From assembly GCA_014728035.1 (NCBI GenBank), contig WJMJ01000059.1:128001-192000 (forward strand): 64,000 bases of DNA. The letters are read 5' to 3'. The position numbers were made by a program, and so were the translations under genes. This DNA is from Promethearchaeota archaeon (GTDB lineage: Archaea > Asgardarchaeota > Thorarchaeia > Thorarchaeales > Thorarchaeaceae). The stretch's first letter is position 1; every line of letters begins with the position of its first letter. Below are positions 51,526 through 60,458 of the stretch, piece by piece. The notes below the pieces were generated by a model. The model was not told where the DNA came from and did no database searches. It saw nothing but the letters and a program-made list of their open reading frames with translations.

Positions 51526-52516
51526 ACCTGATTGAAATATCAACAGCTTTTCCGACCTGAGCACTTCGCCTAGCTGCTTCTACAACTTGAAGCGCTGCAA
51601 TTCCATCATCAAGTGTTACTTTTGGATTTTTACCAGTACGTAGACAATCTATGAAGTCTGTTAGGGCTTCTCTGACTGGTTCACCATATACCTTAATTGT
51701 AGCTCCTCTCTCGGGAAGGTTGATTGCTCTGCTATCAGCAGAAGGCTCTTGATCTAAGTCTTGCACTTTGATTATTTGCCCAAATAAATCCAGTACGAGT
51801 GTTCCCTTCGTACCTGAAACATCCATGTTTCGTTTTCTGCCTGCGTATTGTCTTGAGAGATGGAAAAAGTGCTCGGTCCCATTGGCAAACTTAACCATTA
51901 CCGCTCCTGCATTCAGGATACCTTCATTCATTTGACATTGTGCATAAAGTTTTGCAGCCCCAGTACTGATTCTAGTCATAATATCGAAGTCATGCACTCC
52001 AATATCTTCAAAGACATCTCCAAGTGATGGAATTCGTTTTGGTTGAACAAATCCTCTTCTATCATGAATTACTGCAGTAGGTTTTCCTATTACTCCTTTT
52101 TTAATTAGATGAATAGCTCTTTCCACAATCGGATTGTAGATCTCAGTATGCGAAACAAGTCCAATTTTATTTTCTTTCTTTAGAGTTTTGACTACCTCTT
52201 TGGCATCCGAAAGATTACTGGACAATGGTTTCTCGATCATAATCCCTTTAATACCCGCAAATCTTTTTGCAACATCTTTTGCTATATCTGCGTGGGTAGG
52301 AGTTGGGGTTGCAATAATAACTGCGTCTAGATTACATGTTTCAATCATCTTTTCATAGTCATCAAAAGCTTTTACTCCATAATTTTCAGCTTCTTTCTTA
52401 GCTAATGATATATCAAGGTCTGAAACCGCACTTAGAGCATGCATACTTGCAAGAATTCTTGCATGGATTCTTCCCATATTTCCAGTTCCGATAATACCTA
52501 TTTTTGGTATCTTCAT
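51512..52516 (-). CDS. Gfo/Idh/MocA family NAD(P)-dependent oxidoreductase
   Basis: GIIGTGNMG, EKP, DIGVHDFD. Confidence 0.9.
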   Translation of the reverse strand: MKIPKIGIIGTGNMGRIHARILASMHALSAVSDLDISLAKKEAENYGVKAFDDYEKMIETCNLDAVIIATPTPTHADIAKDVAKRFAGIKGIMIEKPLSSNLSDAKEVVKTLKKENKIGLVSHTEIYNPIVERAIHLIKKGVIGKPTAVIHDRRGFVQPKRIPSLGDVFEDIGVHDFDIMTRISTGAAKLYAQCQMNEGILNAGAVMVKFANGTEHFFHLSRQYAGRKRNMDVSGTKGTLVLDLFGQIIKVQDLDQEPSADSRAINLPERGATIKVYGEPVREALTDFIDCLRTGKNPKVTLDDGIAALQVVEAARRSAQVGKAVDISIRSREL

Positions 52517-52675
52517 AAAATATCATCTCTCAAGATATCCAAAAGGCCGACTGTTTGACCTTTATACCTTCCCACATAGTTCAAAATTATAGCTTCATGC
52601 ACTTCTGCATCAGTGTATTTCACTGTTCTTTGATGATGCCCTTAAATTGCTTAATCTCTATCTATTAACAGAAAT

Positions 52676-52845
52676 GTTGTGATATGGGCTGAATCGAATT
52701 GGCCTAAGCATAAGATAATCATCGCTCATTAGACCTCCTTACTCTTATGCTTCAATTGCTCCACGCCCACTATCAAGGCCTAATCAGCTCCCAGTCACAT
52801 ATTATTCCCCGTGGCTCGTCTGTTCTGGATGAGCCACTCACAATC
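52676..52845 (+). ncRNA. Candidate structured non-coding RNA
   Basis: Nested stems GGGCTGA/TCAGCTC, GGCCT/AGGCC, AAGCATAAGA/TCTTATGCTT, then hairpin GTGGCTCGTC/GATGAGCCAC; G-U pairs favour the + strand. Confidence 0.4.
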
Positions 52846-52884
52846 ATGACATTTTCTGGACAATTCGTTCTGTTATAATGAAAA

Positions 52885-52972
52885 TGGTGCGGAGGGCGTG
52901 ATTTGAACACGCGAACCCCTACGGGACTAGGCCCTCAACCTAGCGCCTTTGGCCTGGCTTGGCAACCTCCGC
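52885..52972 (-). tRNA. tRNA-Leu(GAG), CCA encoded
   Basis: GCGGAGG acceptor, CTAGG-TTGAGGG-CCTAG anticodon arm, long variable arm, GTTCAAATC. Confidence 0.95.
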
Positions 52973-53111
52973 AAAATGATGCGAGGCCAAGTAAGGGGTT
53001 GATTACTGTTCGTTGATAATTCAGTGATAAGGATTTCTATCAATCGATAGAATTTCATAATCTGAGGATGAGAGTTCTGGTATTTCCAGATCTCATTAAA
53101 AATCAGCTGTA

Positions 53112-53204
53112 TTATCTGGTTGCAGCTGCAAACCACTCAAAAGGAGGGAGTGATCTCTTATTATCTCGTTTCTTCTTTTCTTTTTCTGTATCATCTTTTT
53201 TCAT
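53112..53204 (-). CDS. Putative 30-aa microprotein between tRNA-Thr and tRNA-Leu
   Basis: MKKDDTEKEKKKRDNKRSLPPFEWFAAATR*; AGGTGA SD and TTTATA box upstream. Confidence 0.4.
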   Translation of the reverse strand: MKKDDTEKEKKKRDNKRSLPPFEWFAAATR

Positions 53205-53305
53205 TTTTTCACCTTCTGCCTATAAACTTCCTTTTTGAACACGAATAAATCTAATGGCTTCTGCACAATTAAACTGCTTGAAAACCATCTCTTTAAAGAA
53301 AAAGG

Positions 53306-53378
53306 AGCCCCGGGCGGGATTTGAACCCGCGACATTCTGCTTACGAAGCAGACGCTATAGCCACTAAGCCACCGAGGC
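53306..53378 (-). tRNA. tRNA-Thr(CGT)
   Basis: GCCTCGG/CCGGGGC acceptor, TCTGC-TTCGTAA-GCAGA anticodon arm, GGTTCAAATCC. Confidence 0.95.
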
Positions 53379-53452
53379 AATATATCCGCGAGTTTCAGTA
53401 TTCCAGTTATAAAACTTTATCATGGAACTACAAGGATACTTCTTGAGGCTTT

Positions 53453-54448
53453 TTGATGAAATTAAAAGAGCTTGGTGAGCGATCTTTCCTGAAAGACATA
53501 AGTCATTTGGTCAGAAAAATGTCTGGGGCAAGATTAGGATTTGATGATGATGCATCTGATATTCCCCTTTCCGATGATAAAAATTTGGTAATAAATGTGG
53601 ATACTTTTGTTGCAAAGACAGATTGGTTGCCTGGAATGACCGAGGCTCAAGTTGGTCGGAAAGTTGCAGTAATGGCTCTTAGTGATATTGTAGTAAAGGG
53701 GGCAAAGCCAGTCGCGACATTACTTTCGTTATGTGTACCAGATGATTATGATGTTTCAAAAGCTAAAGAACTAGTCCGTGGTTACTCTCAATACTGCTTG
53801 AAGAATAGCTTACTTCTAGTTGGTGGTGATTTGGGGACTAGTGATGATATCATTCTAACAGGTATTGCTTTAGGAATTGCCCCTCCACTTGGTATTGTGC
53901 CTAGAACTGGTGCAAAACCTGGTGATATCGTTGCCGTCACAGGACGTTTCGGTCTGACATCAGTAGCTTATGAAATTCTACTCAACAAGCTTGAAGCTAA
54001 AGAAACCTTACGAAAACGAGCTTTGACAGCAGCATTCAAACCTGAACTTGATTTTCAATTTGTACGCAAACTTGCAGAAATTGGTGCGATTACATCTTCT
54101 ATGGATAGTAGTGATGGACTTGCCATCACTCTTCACACGTTAGCACAACAAAGTGGATGTGGATTAATTATTGATGATATTCCAGATGCAGTTGGCGTCC
54201 TGGAATTTTCTCGCCAACATAATCTTGATACGAATAAGATGATTTTCGGTGGTGGAGAAGAATTTATTCATGTATTGACCATCCCTTCTGATTGTTGGGA
54301 AGACTCTCTGAATCTAGCGAGATTGAGTAATATACCCTTACAGCCGATTGGAAAAGTTGTTGCTAATGAAGGAATAATTCTCGAAACCGCAAAAGCATCT
54401 ATTAAATTACCTGTTTATGGTTATGACACCTTCTTGGAGTGGACCTAA
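53453..54448 (+). CDS. thiL: Thiamine-monophosphate kinase
   Basis: LGE, DDA, ALSDIVVKGAKP, VGGD, MDSSDGL, GGEEF. Confidence 0.92.
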   Translation: MMKLKELGERSFLKDISHLVRKMSGARLGFDDDASDIPLSDDKNLVINVDTFVAKTDWLPGMTEAQVGRKVAVMALSDIVVKGAKPVATLLSLCVPDDYDVSKAKELVRGYSQYCLKNSLLLVGGDLGTSDDIILTGIALGIAPPLGIVPRTGAKPGDIVAVTGRFGLTSVAYEILLNKLEAKETLRKRALTAAFKPELDFQFVRKLAEIGAITSSMDSSDGLAITLHTLAQQSGCGLIIDDIPDAVGVLEFSRQHNLDTNKMIFGGGEEFIHVLTIPSDCWEDSLNLARLSNIPLQPIGKVVANEGIILETAKASIKLPVYGYDTFLEWT

Positions 54449-56165
54449 TCTGGAGCGGATAATCCTTGTTGATGGATACGTAGATGAACCTACATGTTTG
54501 GGTGTACCTCCCTATCTTAGCATCTACCCCAGATATATTGCTGGTGCTATTTGGACCCATTCACCTACCACCGAGATACACTATGTGACAATAGATCAGG
54601 TGCGAAAAAGTTTCGAAAAAGCTCACACGTCATGGACTTCCGCAGATCTGATTATTCTTATCGCGGGCATGATTGTTCCTGGAAAATATCTTGGAGGTAC
54701 TCCTATTTCTCTAAGAGAAGCAAAAGAGATATTCTCTGCAGAATCCTTATCGACTATTCCCAAAATACTAGCTGGCCCATGGGGCCGATTCGGCTGCGGT
54801 CTTCAAGGTGGTCAGCTAGCAAAAAGTGCTGATCTTCTTAGTCCTCCTTTTGATATCATCATTGATGGGGATTCAGAGGTTGTAATTGGCAATCTGGCTC
54901 GTGACTGGAAGTTAAATAACCTTGACCCATCTATCACTAGAACGAGTGCAGATGAAATTGAAGAATATATTCGCCGAGGAAGTAGCATTGTTACACAATA
55001 TTTTGGACATTCTATTGGCTATCTTATCTGTGAAATTGAAACCTATCGTGGTTGCCCACGATTTGTAAGTGGTGGATGCTCCTTCTGTATCGAACCTCTA
55101 TATGGAGTTCCACAACAACGTTCGGCCAAAAACATCATTAAGGAGGTTGAATGCCTGTATCAGCAAGGAGTTAGGGCTTTTAGAATTGGTCGTCAAGCTG
55201 ATCTTTTCACCTATGGGTCTCCAGAAATAGGTGTTGAGGAGTTTCCAACTCCTAATCCTCAATTAATAGAGGAGTTATTTTCAGGGATACGTAGAGTAGC
55301 TCCTGAACTTAGTGTATTGCATATAGATAACGTAAACCCCGGAACTGTTGCTCGACATCCTTTTGAGAGTAAACAAGTAGCTAAAATAATTATCAAGTAT
55401 CATACAGCTGGTGACGTTGCAGCTTTTGGTGTTGAGTCATTTGATTCTGAAGTAATCAAACGAAATAATCTAAAAGCCACTCCAGAGGAATCACTTAGAG
55501 CTATCCGTTTACTTAATGAGGTTGGTGGCATGAGGCCAAGTTGGGGTCTACCTCATCTTTTGCCTGGAATTAATCTACTCTATGGACTACCAGGTGAGAG
55601 TAAAAAAACCCTTTCTCACAACATCGAATTCCTCAAAAAACTGCTTGAAGAAGAGCTTGTTATTCGAAGAATAAATGTTCGTCAGATAATTGGTTTCTCT
55701 GGTACAAGTGTCGGTGAACAGAAAGGGAAACGTATCAAACCAAATAGATTCCATCATCATAAAAAACAGATTCGTGATAGCATTGATAGAGTTATGATTA
55801 AGCGAGTTGCACCTGCTGGAACAATCATCACGTCTGCTTTTCTTGAACGTGTTGATGGGAAAATGGGTGTATTTCGCTCGCTTGGAACTTATCCTCTTCA
55901 GTGCCATTCTCCTATTGATGTGTCATCAAAAAGTCCTGTGGACCTTTTTGTAGTTGATCATGGACCTCGGTCTTTGACAACATTACCATATCCTCTAAAT
56001 GTGTCAGAGGCATCACTGGCTCACTGGAAGAAGATACCTGGTTTTGGTGCAAAACGTGCAGCTCGAATAAAAAGCTCTCAGAACATCCAATCTTTAGAAG
56101 ATCTTCAGTCACAATTGGATGTGGACATACCTAGTTGGCTACAGCATGCCTTAACTTTTGACTAG
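54417..56165 (+). CDS. Radical SAM protein with C-terminal helix-hairpin-helix
   Basis: DGYVDEPTCLGVPPY, ETYRGCPR...CSFC, HIDNVNP, RRINVRQ, IPGFGAKRA; exact start uncertain. Confidence 0.85.
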   Translation: MVMTPSWSGPNLERIILVDGYVDEPTCLGVPPYLSIYPRYIAGAIWTHSPTTEIHYVTIDQVRKSFEKAHTSWTSADLIILIAGMIVPGKYLGGTPISLREAKEIFSAESLSTIPKILAGPWGRFGCGLQGGQLAKSADLLSPPFDIIIDGDSEVVIGNLARDWKLNNLDPSITRTSADEIEEYIRRGSSIVTQYFGHSIGYLICEIETYRGCPRFVSGGCSFCIEPLYGVPQQRSAKNIIKEVECLYQQGVRAFRIGRQADLFTYGSPEIGVEEFPTPNPQLIEELFSGIRRVAPELSVLHIDNVNPGTVARHPFESKQVAKIIIKYHTAGDVAAFGVESFDSEVIKRNNLKATPEESLRAIRLLNEVGGMRPSWGLPHLLPGINLLYGLPGESKKTLSHNIEFLKKLLEEELVIRRINVRQIIGFSGTSVGEQKGKRIKPNRFHHHKKQIRDSIDRVMIKRVAPAGTIITSAFLERVDGKMGVFRSLGTYPLQCHSPIDVSSKSPVDLFVVDHGPRSLTTLPYPLNVSEASLAHWKKIPGFGAKRAARIKSSQNIQSLEDLQSQLDVDIPSWLQHALTFD

Positions 56166-56171
56166 AATTAA

Positions 56172-56249
56172 TGGCGGGCCCGGCCGGATTCGAACCGGCG
56201 ACCTCTAACTTAGAAGGCTAGCGCCCTATCCAGACTAGGCAACGGGCCC
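56172..56249 (-). tRNA. tRNA-Arg(TCT), CCA encoded
   Basis: GGGCCCG acceptor, CTAGC-CTTCTAA-GTTAG anticodon arm, GGTTCGAATCC. Confidence 0.95.
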
Positions 56250-56365
56250 TGTCTGTTGCACAGAAATGTTTAGTCATAAAGCTTTCCGATTGGTGCCTTT
56301 TTTGGATACTGTTTTCTGAAAATGTTAGTTTTAGTTTTGTTCAAGAAACTCTATAGAGTTTATCT

Positions 56366-56617
56366 TCACGATATGATGAAATCGGGTGGAAACAGCACGA
56401 AGTACTCTACAACAATGCAAAGAAGAATACCGCTAAAAACAAGACTCCGGCCCCAAGACACATTGGCTGATGTAAACCAGAGTATGCCTCCTGCTAAGAC
56501 TATCATTACTCCTCCAACAGCTCCTATGAATATCAGAAAGTCCCAAATCTCAATGAAATATCCTGTAATCAAGCTCAGAAAATCGGATATAGGGCTCAAT
56601 AATTCTACATGAAACAT
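56366..56617 (-). CDS. Small two-TM membrane protein
   Basis: AGGTG SD; two hydrophobic helices separated by WFTSANVSWGRSL. Confidence 0.6.
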   Translation of the reverse strand: MFHVELLSPISDFLSLITGYFIEIWDFLIFIGAVGGVMIVLAGGILWFTSANVSWGRSLVFSGILLCIVVEYFVLFPPDFIIS

Positions 56618-56673
56618 TTAGACACCTGCAGTAGTGTCCAGCTGATCCAATATAAACTCGTGAAGAAAGACAA

Positions 56674-57516
56674 TCACATGTTGCCTGCTAGCCCCTCACA
56701 AAAGGCTAGTACATTCTTTCCTAAATCTTCATGATTGTACCCGCCCTCTAGAATTCCATACCTTTTTCCATCACAGTTGTCTTCTGCAAATTCGTACATC
56801 AAGAAGCCGATTTTCTGAAATGTTTCTGTGGCTAGATTTGATCCCCAACATTTGATATATTGGTCAAAACCTGCAGATGCTGCAATTATATCAACATCAG
56901 GGCTAGATGAAAGAGCATCTTTTATTTCTCTCAGATATGCTGCATCACCATTGCTGCGCGGATTGCAGATTACAAAGCATGAATCCTGTTCAAGGATATT
57001 GATATTTCCATCTCCCGTATGAAGATCAAAATCAAGAATGAATGCGCTAGAAATCAGATTTTTTCTTTTTAATTCTAGAACGCTAATCGCCATATTGTTA
57101 AAATAACAGAATCCCCAGTAACTATTACGAGATGCATGATGTCCTGGTGGTCGAATAAGCCCAAAAGAACTACCCTCTTTCATTGCAATTTCGGCAGTAA
57201 GTATAGCTCCCCCCGCTGCTAATAGTGCAGTTTCATATAGGTTAGCACGAGTCGTTGATTCGCTCTCACGCTTAACACTTCTTATGATTTTCTCATCATG
57301 TGCCAATAGAATCTGATTTTCTGTAGCAGGATCTGGAATGACAAAGTCATAATTTGGATTTTCTTTTAGGATTTCAATTGCACTATCAAGTCTTCCAGGA
57401 GCTCCCGCAGGAGTATGGTCGTATGATTCTTTCATGAGTGGATGGTAGACGATTTTCACACCTACTAGATTATCATTATCACTTTTCTTTTTGTTGATTC
57501 TATTGAAAAAAGTCAA
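56674..57516 (-). CDS. Histone deacetylase/acetylpolyamine amidohydrolase family protein
   Basis: RPPGHHA, GFCYFNN, DFDLHTGDG, SAGFD, LEGGY. Confidence 0.92.
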   Translation of the reverse strand: MTFFNRINKKKSDNDNLVGVKIVYHPLMKESYDHTPAGAPGRLDSAIEILKENPNYDFVIPDPATENQILLAHDEKIIRSVKRESESTTRANLYETALLAAGGAILTAEIAMKEGSSFGLIRPPGHHASRNSYWGFCYFNNMAISVLELKRKNLISSAFILDFDLHTGDGNINILEQDSCFVICNPRSNGDAAYLREIKDALSSSPDVDIIAASAGFDQYIKCWGSNLATETFQKIGFLMYEFAEDNCDGKRYGILEGGYNHEDLGKNVLAFCEGLAGNM

Positions 57517-57578
57517 TCCTGCAAGGAGAGATTAATTGATTCCTAATTAAATTGAGAATAACTAAAAATAATGAGAAT

Positions 57579-57605
57579 GGGAGACAGGATGCTTCCTGCA
57601 CTCCC
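57579..57605 (-). terminator. Hairpin after rpl12
   Basis: GGGAG..CAGGA/TCCTG..CTCCC inverted repeat followed by T-rich sequence on the minus strand. Confidence 0.45.
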
Positions 57606-57642
57606 TTAATAAACTAGAGAGTATTTCTGAAGTAGAGTTCAA

Positions 57643-57948
57643 CTAACCGAATAAGCTACCCATTCCGGCTGTAAATTCCTCTTCTTCTTCGTCCTCGTCT
57701 TCTTCCTTCTTCTCCTCGGCTTCAGCTTCAGTACCGCCGCTTGCAGCTGGTGCTGCGGCTGCGACTGGCATGGCTGCAGCGCTCTTCAAGGCATCATCAA
57801 TATCGACACCATCAAGTGCTGCGAGCAGAGCTTTAATTCTACCTTTATCTGGTTTAAGACCAGCAGCTGTAAGAACCGCGTCCATGCTTTTATCGTCAAC
57901 TGATTGACCTGCTTTGTGGAGCAGAAGTGCTGCGTATACGTACTCCAT
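57643..57948 (-). CDS. rpl12: Ribosomal protein P1 (archaeal L12)
   Basis: [11 protein letters not shown], acidic hinge, GMGSLFG. Confidence 0.96.
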   Translation of the reverse strand: MEYVYAALLLHKAGQSVDDKSMDAVLTAAGLKPDKGRIKALLAALDGVDIDDALKSAAAMPVAAAAPAASGGTEAEAEEKKEEDEDEEEEEFTAGMGSLFG

Positions 57949-57966
57949 TTCTATTACCTCTTTTTC

Positions 57967-58983
57967 TTAGCCGAATAGGCTACCCATTCCGGCTGTTGCT
58001 TCTTCTTCTTCCTCTTCTTCCTCCTCCTCTGGTTCATCTGTTGGCTCATCAGAGACGGCCGGTGTGGGTGCTGCGGCTGCAGCACTTTGAACCTGGCTGA
58101 GGACTTCAGCGGGGATTGCATCTGGGTCTTTTTCAGCAAGAGCACTTGCCAGAGCAAATGCTTGTGAATTTGCCTTTGATAAGAACTCACCAAGCATATC
58201 GGGTTCGAAGAAACCAACCTCTAGGGCTAGTACTTTTGCGTCCGAATTGGCTTTTGCGAGTATCAGTGGAATTGTGTCTGTGGTTGGATAACCACTATTT
58301 ACTGACAGATTTACAGCATACTGGTGTCCCAGTAAGACTTGTTCAAATAGACTTTCTAGGTCGATTTCAAAGTCTTCTGCAGTTAGAACTGCACCATCTG
58401 TATAGGCTGCCACGAGCTTCAGCTGAAGCTCCATTGGTTCTATTCCAAGTCTTCCAAGCATCTGAGCCATTGCGTTAGACACCACTTCACCTGCTTCTAC
58501 TGCAACAGTATCTTCAGTGATGTGAATAACACCACCTTTAACCCGGGAGGGTATATCAAGACCTGCAAGTTCTGTAATGAACGGTCCTGGTGCAACACCA
58601 GTGTTCATTGCAGGGACAATGATGTCTTTTGGGGTTGTTTGCCCTCCTTTTGCAGGAGCAGCTGCTTTATTCTCAGCAAGAAACTTACTTAGAATGAAAG
58701 GATCTTGGTCACTGAACACAAAGGCTACTGGGCCTTTTACAAAGTCAGATAATCCTTTGATACCCTTGGCTTTTGCATCCTCGATTGCTCTTCGCATGAG
58801 GGTGTTACGAGCCATTTTGATTTTTGCAGAGCCTCTGAGGCTTTCTCTGATACCCTGCAACTGTTTTGCCCCAACACCTTCAACATTGACAAGACCAACC
58901 ATTTTGCTCTCTTGGATTGCAGACGTGAGTTCTTTGACAGCATCCCGCTTCCATTGAGGTATTACACGTTCTTCTAATGCCAT
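57967..58983 (-). CDS. rpl10: Ribosomal protein uL10/P0
   Basis: IPQWK, MARNTLM, APAKGG, TGVAPGP, GMGSLFG. Confidence 0.96.
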   Translation of the reverse strand: MALEERVIPQWKRDAVKELTSAIQESKMVGLVNVEGVGAKQLQGIRESLRGSAKIKMARNTLMRRAIEDAKAKGIKGLSDFVKGPVAFVFSDQDPFILSKFLAENKAAAPAKGGQTTPKDIIVPAMNTGVAPGPFITELAGLDIPSRVKGGVIHITEDTVAVEAGEVVSNAMAQMLGRLGIEPMELQLKLVAAYTDGAVLTAEDFEIDLESLFEQVLLGHQYAVNLSVNSGYPTTDTIPLILAKANSDAKVLALEVGFFEPDMLGEFLSKANSQAFALASALAEKDPDAIPAEVLSQVQSAAAAAPTPAVSDEPTDEPEEEEEEEEEEATAGMGSLFG

Positions 58984-58996
58984 TCATGTACACCTC

Positions 58997-59650
58997 TCAT
59001 TGTATTTCGATTGCAGGACCCATGGTGGTCTTAACATATACCGAATCAACACGTTCGGACAGTCCCTTGTTCTCAACAAAATTGAGAACGGCCTGTATGT
59101 TTTCTGCAATCTCTTCATCACTCATCTTAACATGGCCTACCTTAACATGAAATGTGGGAGTATTTCTCATTACTATTCGAACAGTTTTGTGGTACTGTTC
59201 AACCACACCTGTCAATTCGGCCTGGGGTGGGAATGGTTTGGGCATTTTTCCTCGGGAACCCAAGACCTGTCCAAGATATCTGCCAACAAGTGGCATTGCA
59301 TCTGTAACAGCTATGAAGAAATCATAGCTTTTAGCTAGGCTCTTACGTGTCTTCTTGTCTTCACCTATCTTGGATATCTCATCTTTTGATACCACTCTTG
59401 ATACTCCAGCTGCTTCTGCATTAGTGGCAAACTCACCGTCTCCAAACGCGCATATTTGAGCTGGAGGATATAATGCTTGAGGCAATACAAGTTCATCTTT
59501 GAATCGGTTCTCATTTTTTGAGAGGTCCATTTCTTTTCGTCTGAAATTGACTGCAATGTCGATACTCTGGTCGAAATTGATTCCTCTTTCAAGACCTTTC
59601 TCCCGTGCTTGTGCTACGGCAGTTTTTATCTCGTCAGTACTATATGACAT
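58997..59650 (-). CDS. rpl1: Ribosomal protein uL1
   Basis: NFDQSIDI, LGSRGKMPKP, VKTTMGP. Confidence 0.96.
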   Translation of the reverse strand: MSYSTDEIKTAVAQAREKGLERGINFDQSIDIAVNFRRKEMDLSKNENRFKDELVLPQALYPPAQICAFGDGEFATNAEAAGVSRVVSKDEISKIGEDKKTRKSLAKSYDFFIAVTDAMPLVGRYLGQVLGSRGKMPKPFPPQAELTGVVEQYHKTVRIVMRNTPTFHVKVGHVKMSDEEIAENIQAVLNFVENKGLSERVDSVYVKTTMGPAIEIQ

Positions 59651-59654
59651 GTAT

Positions 59655-60167
59655 TCATGCCTCCCTAAGTGGCTCGTCTAGTTGTTCATCCCATTTACCA
59701 TCTCGGACCTCTTGTTGAAACTCTTTTGCCATTTTGCCTTCAATTGTAACACCCATTGAAACACAGGTGCCTGAAACAATCATAACAGCAGTTTTCATAG
59801 TCAGAGCTGATATATCCGAAGCTTTTCCCTTTGCTACATTTTTCAGTTGGTCAATGGTAAGGTCTCCAATTATTACCTCGTTTGGTTCGCCTGATCCACC
59901 TGATTGCCCGATCTCTTTCAAAATCAGTGCACTGGTTGGTGGTGTTCCGACATCTACCTCAAAGCTTTTAGTGGCTGGGTCTACAGTGATTGTTACTGGT
60001 ACTTTCAACCCCACAAAGGGTTGAGTTACCTCATTTATCTTTGTAACCACTTGGAAAATGTTAACACCTGTAGGACCTAAAGCCGGACCAATTGGTGGTC
60101 CTCCGGAGGCTTTGCCTCCTTCTACCATTGCCTCTACTACTATTGGTTTTTCACTCACAATAATCAC
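59655..60167 (-). CDS. rpl11: Ribosomal protein uL11
   Basis: GGKASGGPPIGPALGP, PPTSALI, GTCVSMGV. Confidence 0.96.
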   Translation of the reverse strand: MIIVSEKPIVVEAMVEGGKASGGPPIGPALGPTGVNIFQVVTKINEVTQPFVGLKVPVTITVDPATKSFEVDVGTPPTSALILKEIGQSGGSGEPNEVIIGDLTIDQLKNVAKGKASDISALTMKTAVMIVSGTCVSMGVTIEGKMAKEFQQEVRDGKWDEQLDEPLREA

Positions 60168-60390
60168 GACTCCTGCTGCAGTATCTTAGGTGATTTTGAA
60201 GCTCACCATATAGGTCGACCTTCCATGTAAAACAAGTGTTGAATTCATTCAGGTCTACTGCATACATTGTCACTTTTCTTCACCCCGGACATGATTTCTA
60301 ATTCATGTCGAATTAAGGAGTTAATGAAAGCGAGAGAACTCTCGTTTTAAGAGTTACGGACTGTCCATCATTCTGCGTATATTCTATTTT

Positions 60391-60424
60391 AAAAAATAAG
60401 AAAAAGAAGGAGTTTTTTACTCCT
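60391..60424 (-). terminator. Hairpin plus U-tract after spt5
   Basis: AGGAGT/ACTCCT (60408-60413/60419-60424) followed by a long T-rich run on the minus strand. Confidence 0.5.
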
Positions 60425-60458
60425 GTCTTTTAGTTGAAGTTTATAGTATATTTATTAT

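Noticed and set aside
45971-56249. Integrated mobile element at one of the four tRNA genes
   Set aside because: No integrase, transposase or duplicated tRNA 3' end noticed; flanks are housekeeping genes
56674-57516. Eukaryote-like histone modification system
   Set aside because: HDAC-fold enzymes are widespread in prokaryotes and nothing in the context points to histones
57643-58030. Repeated sequence at the ends of rpl12 and rpl10
   Set aside because: Known shared acidic GMGSLFG tail of P-stalk proteins
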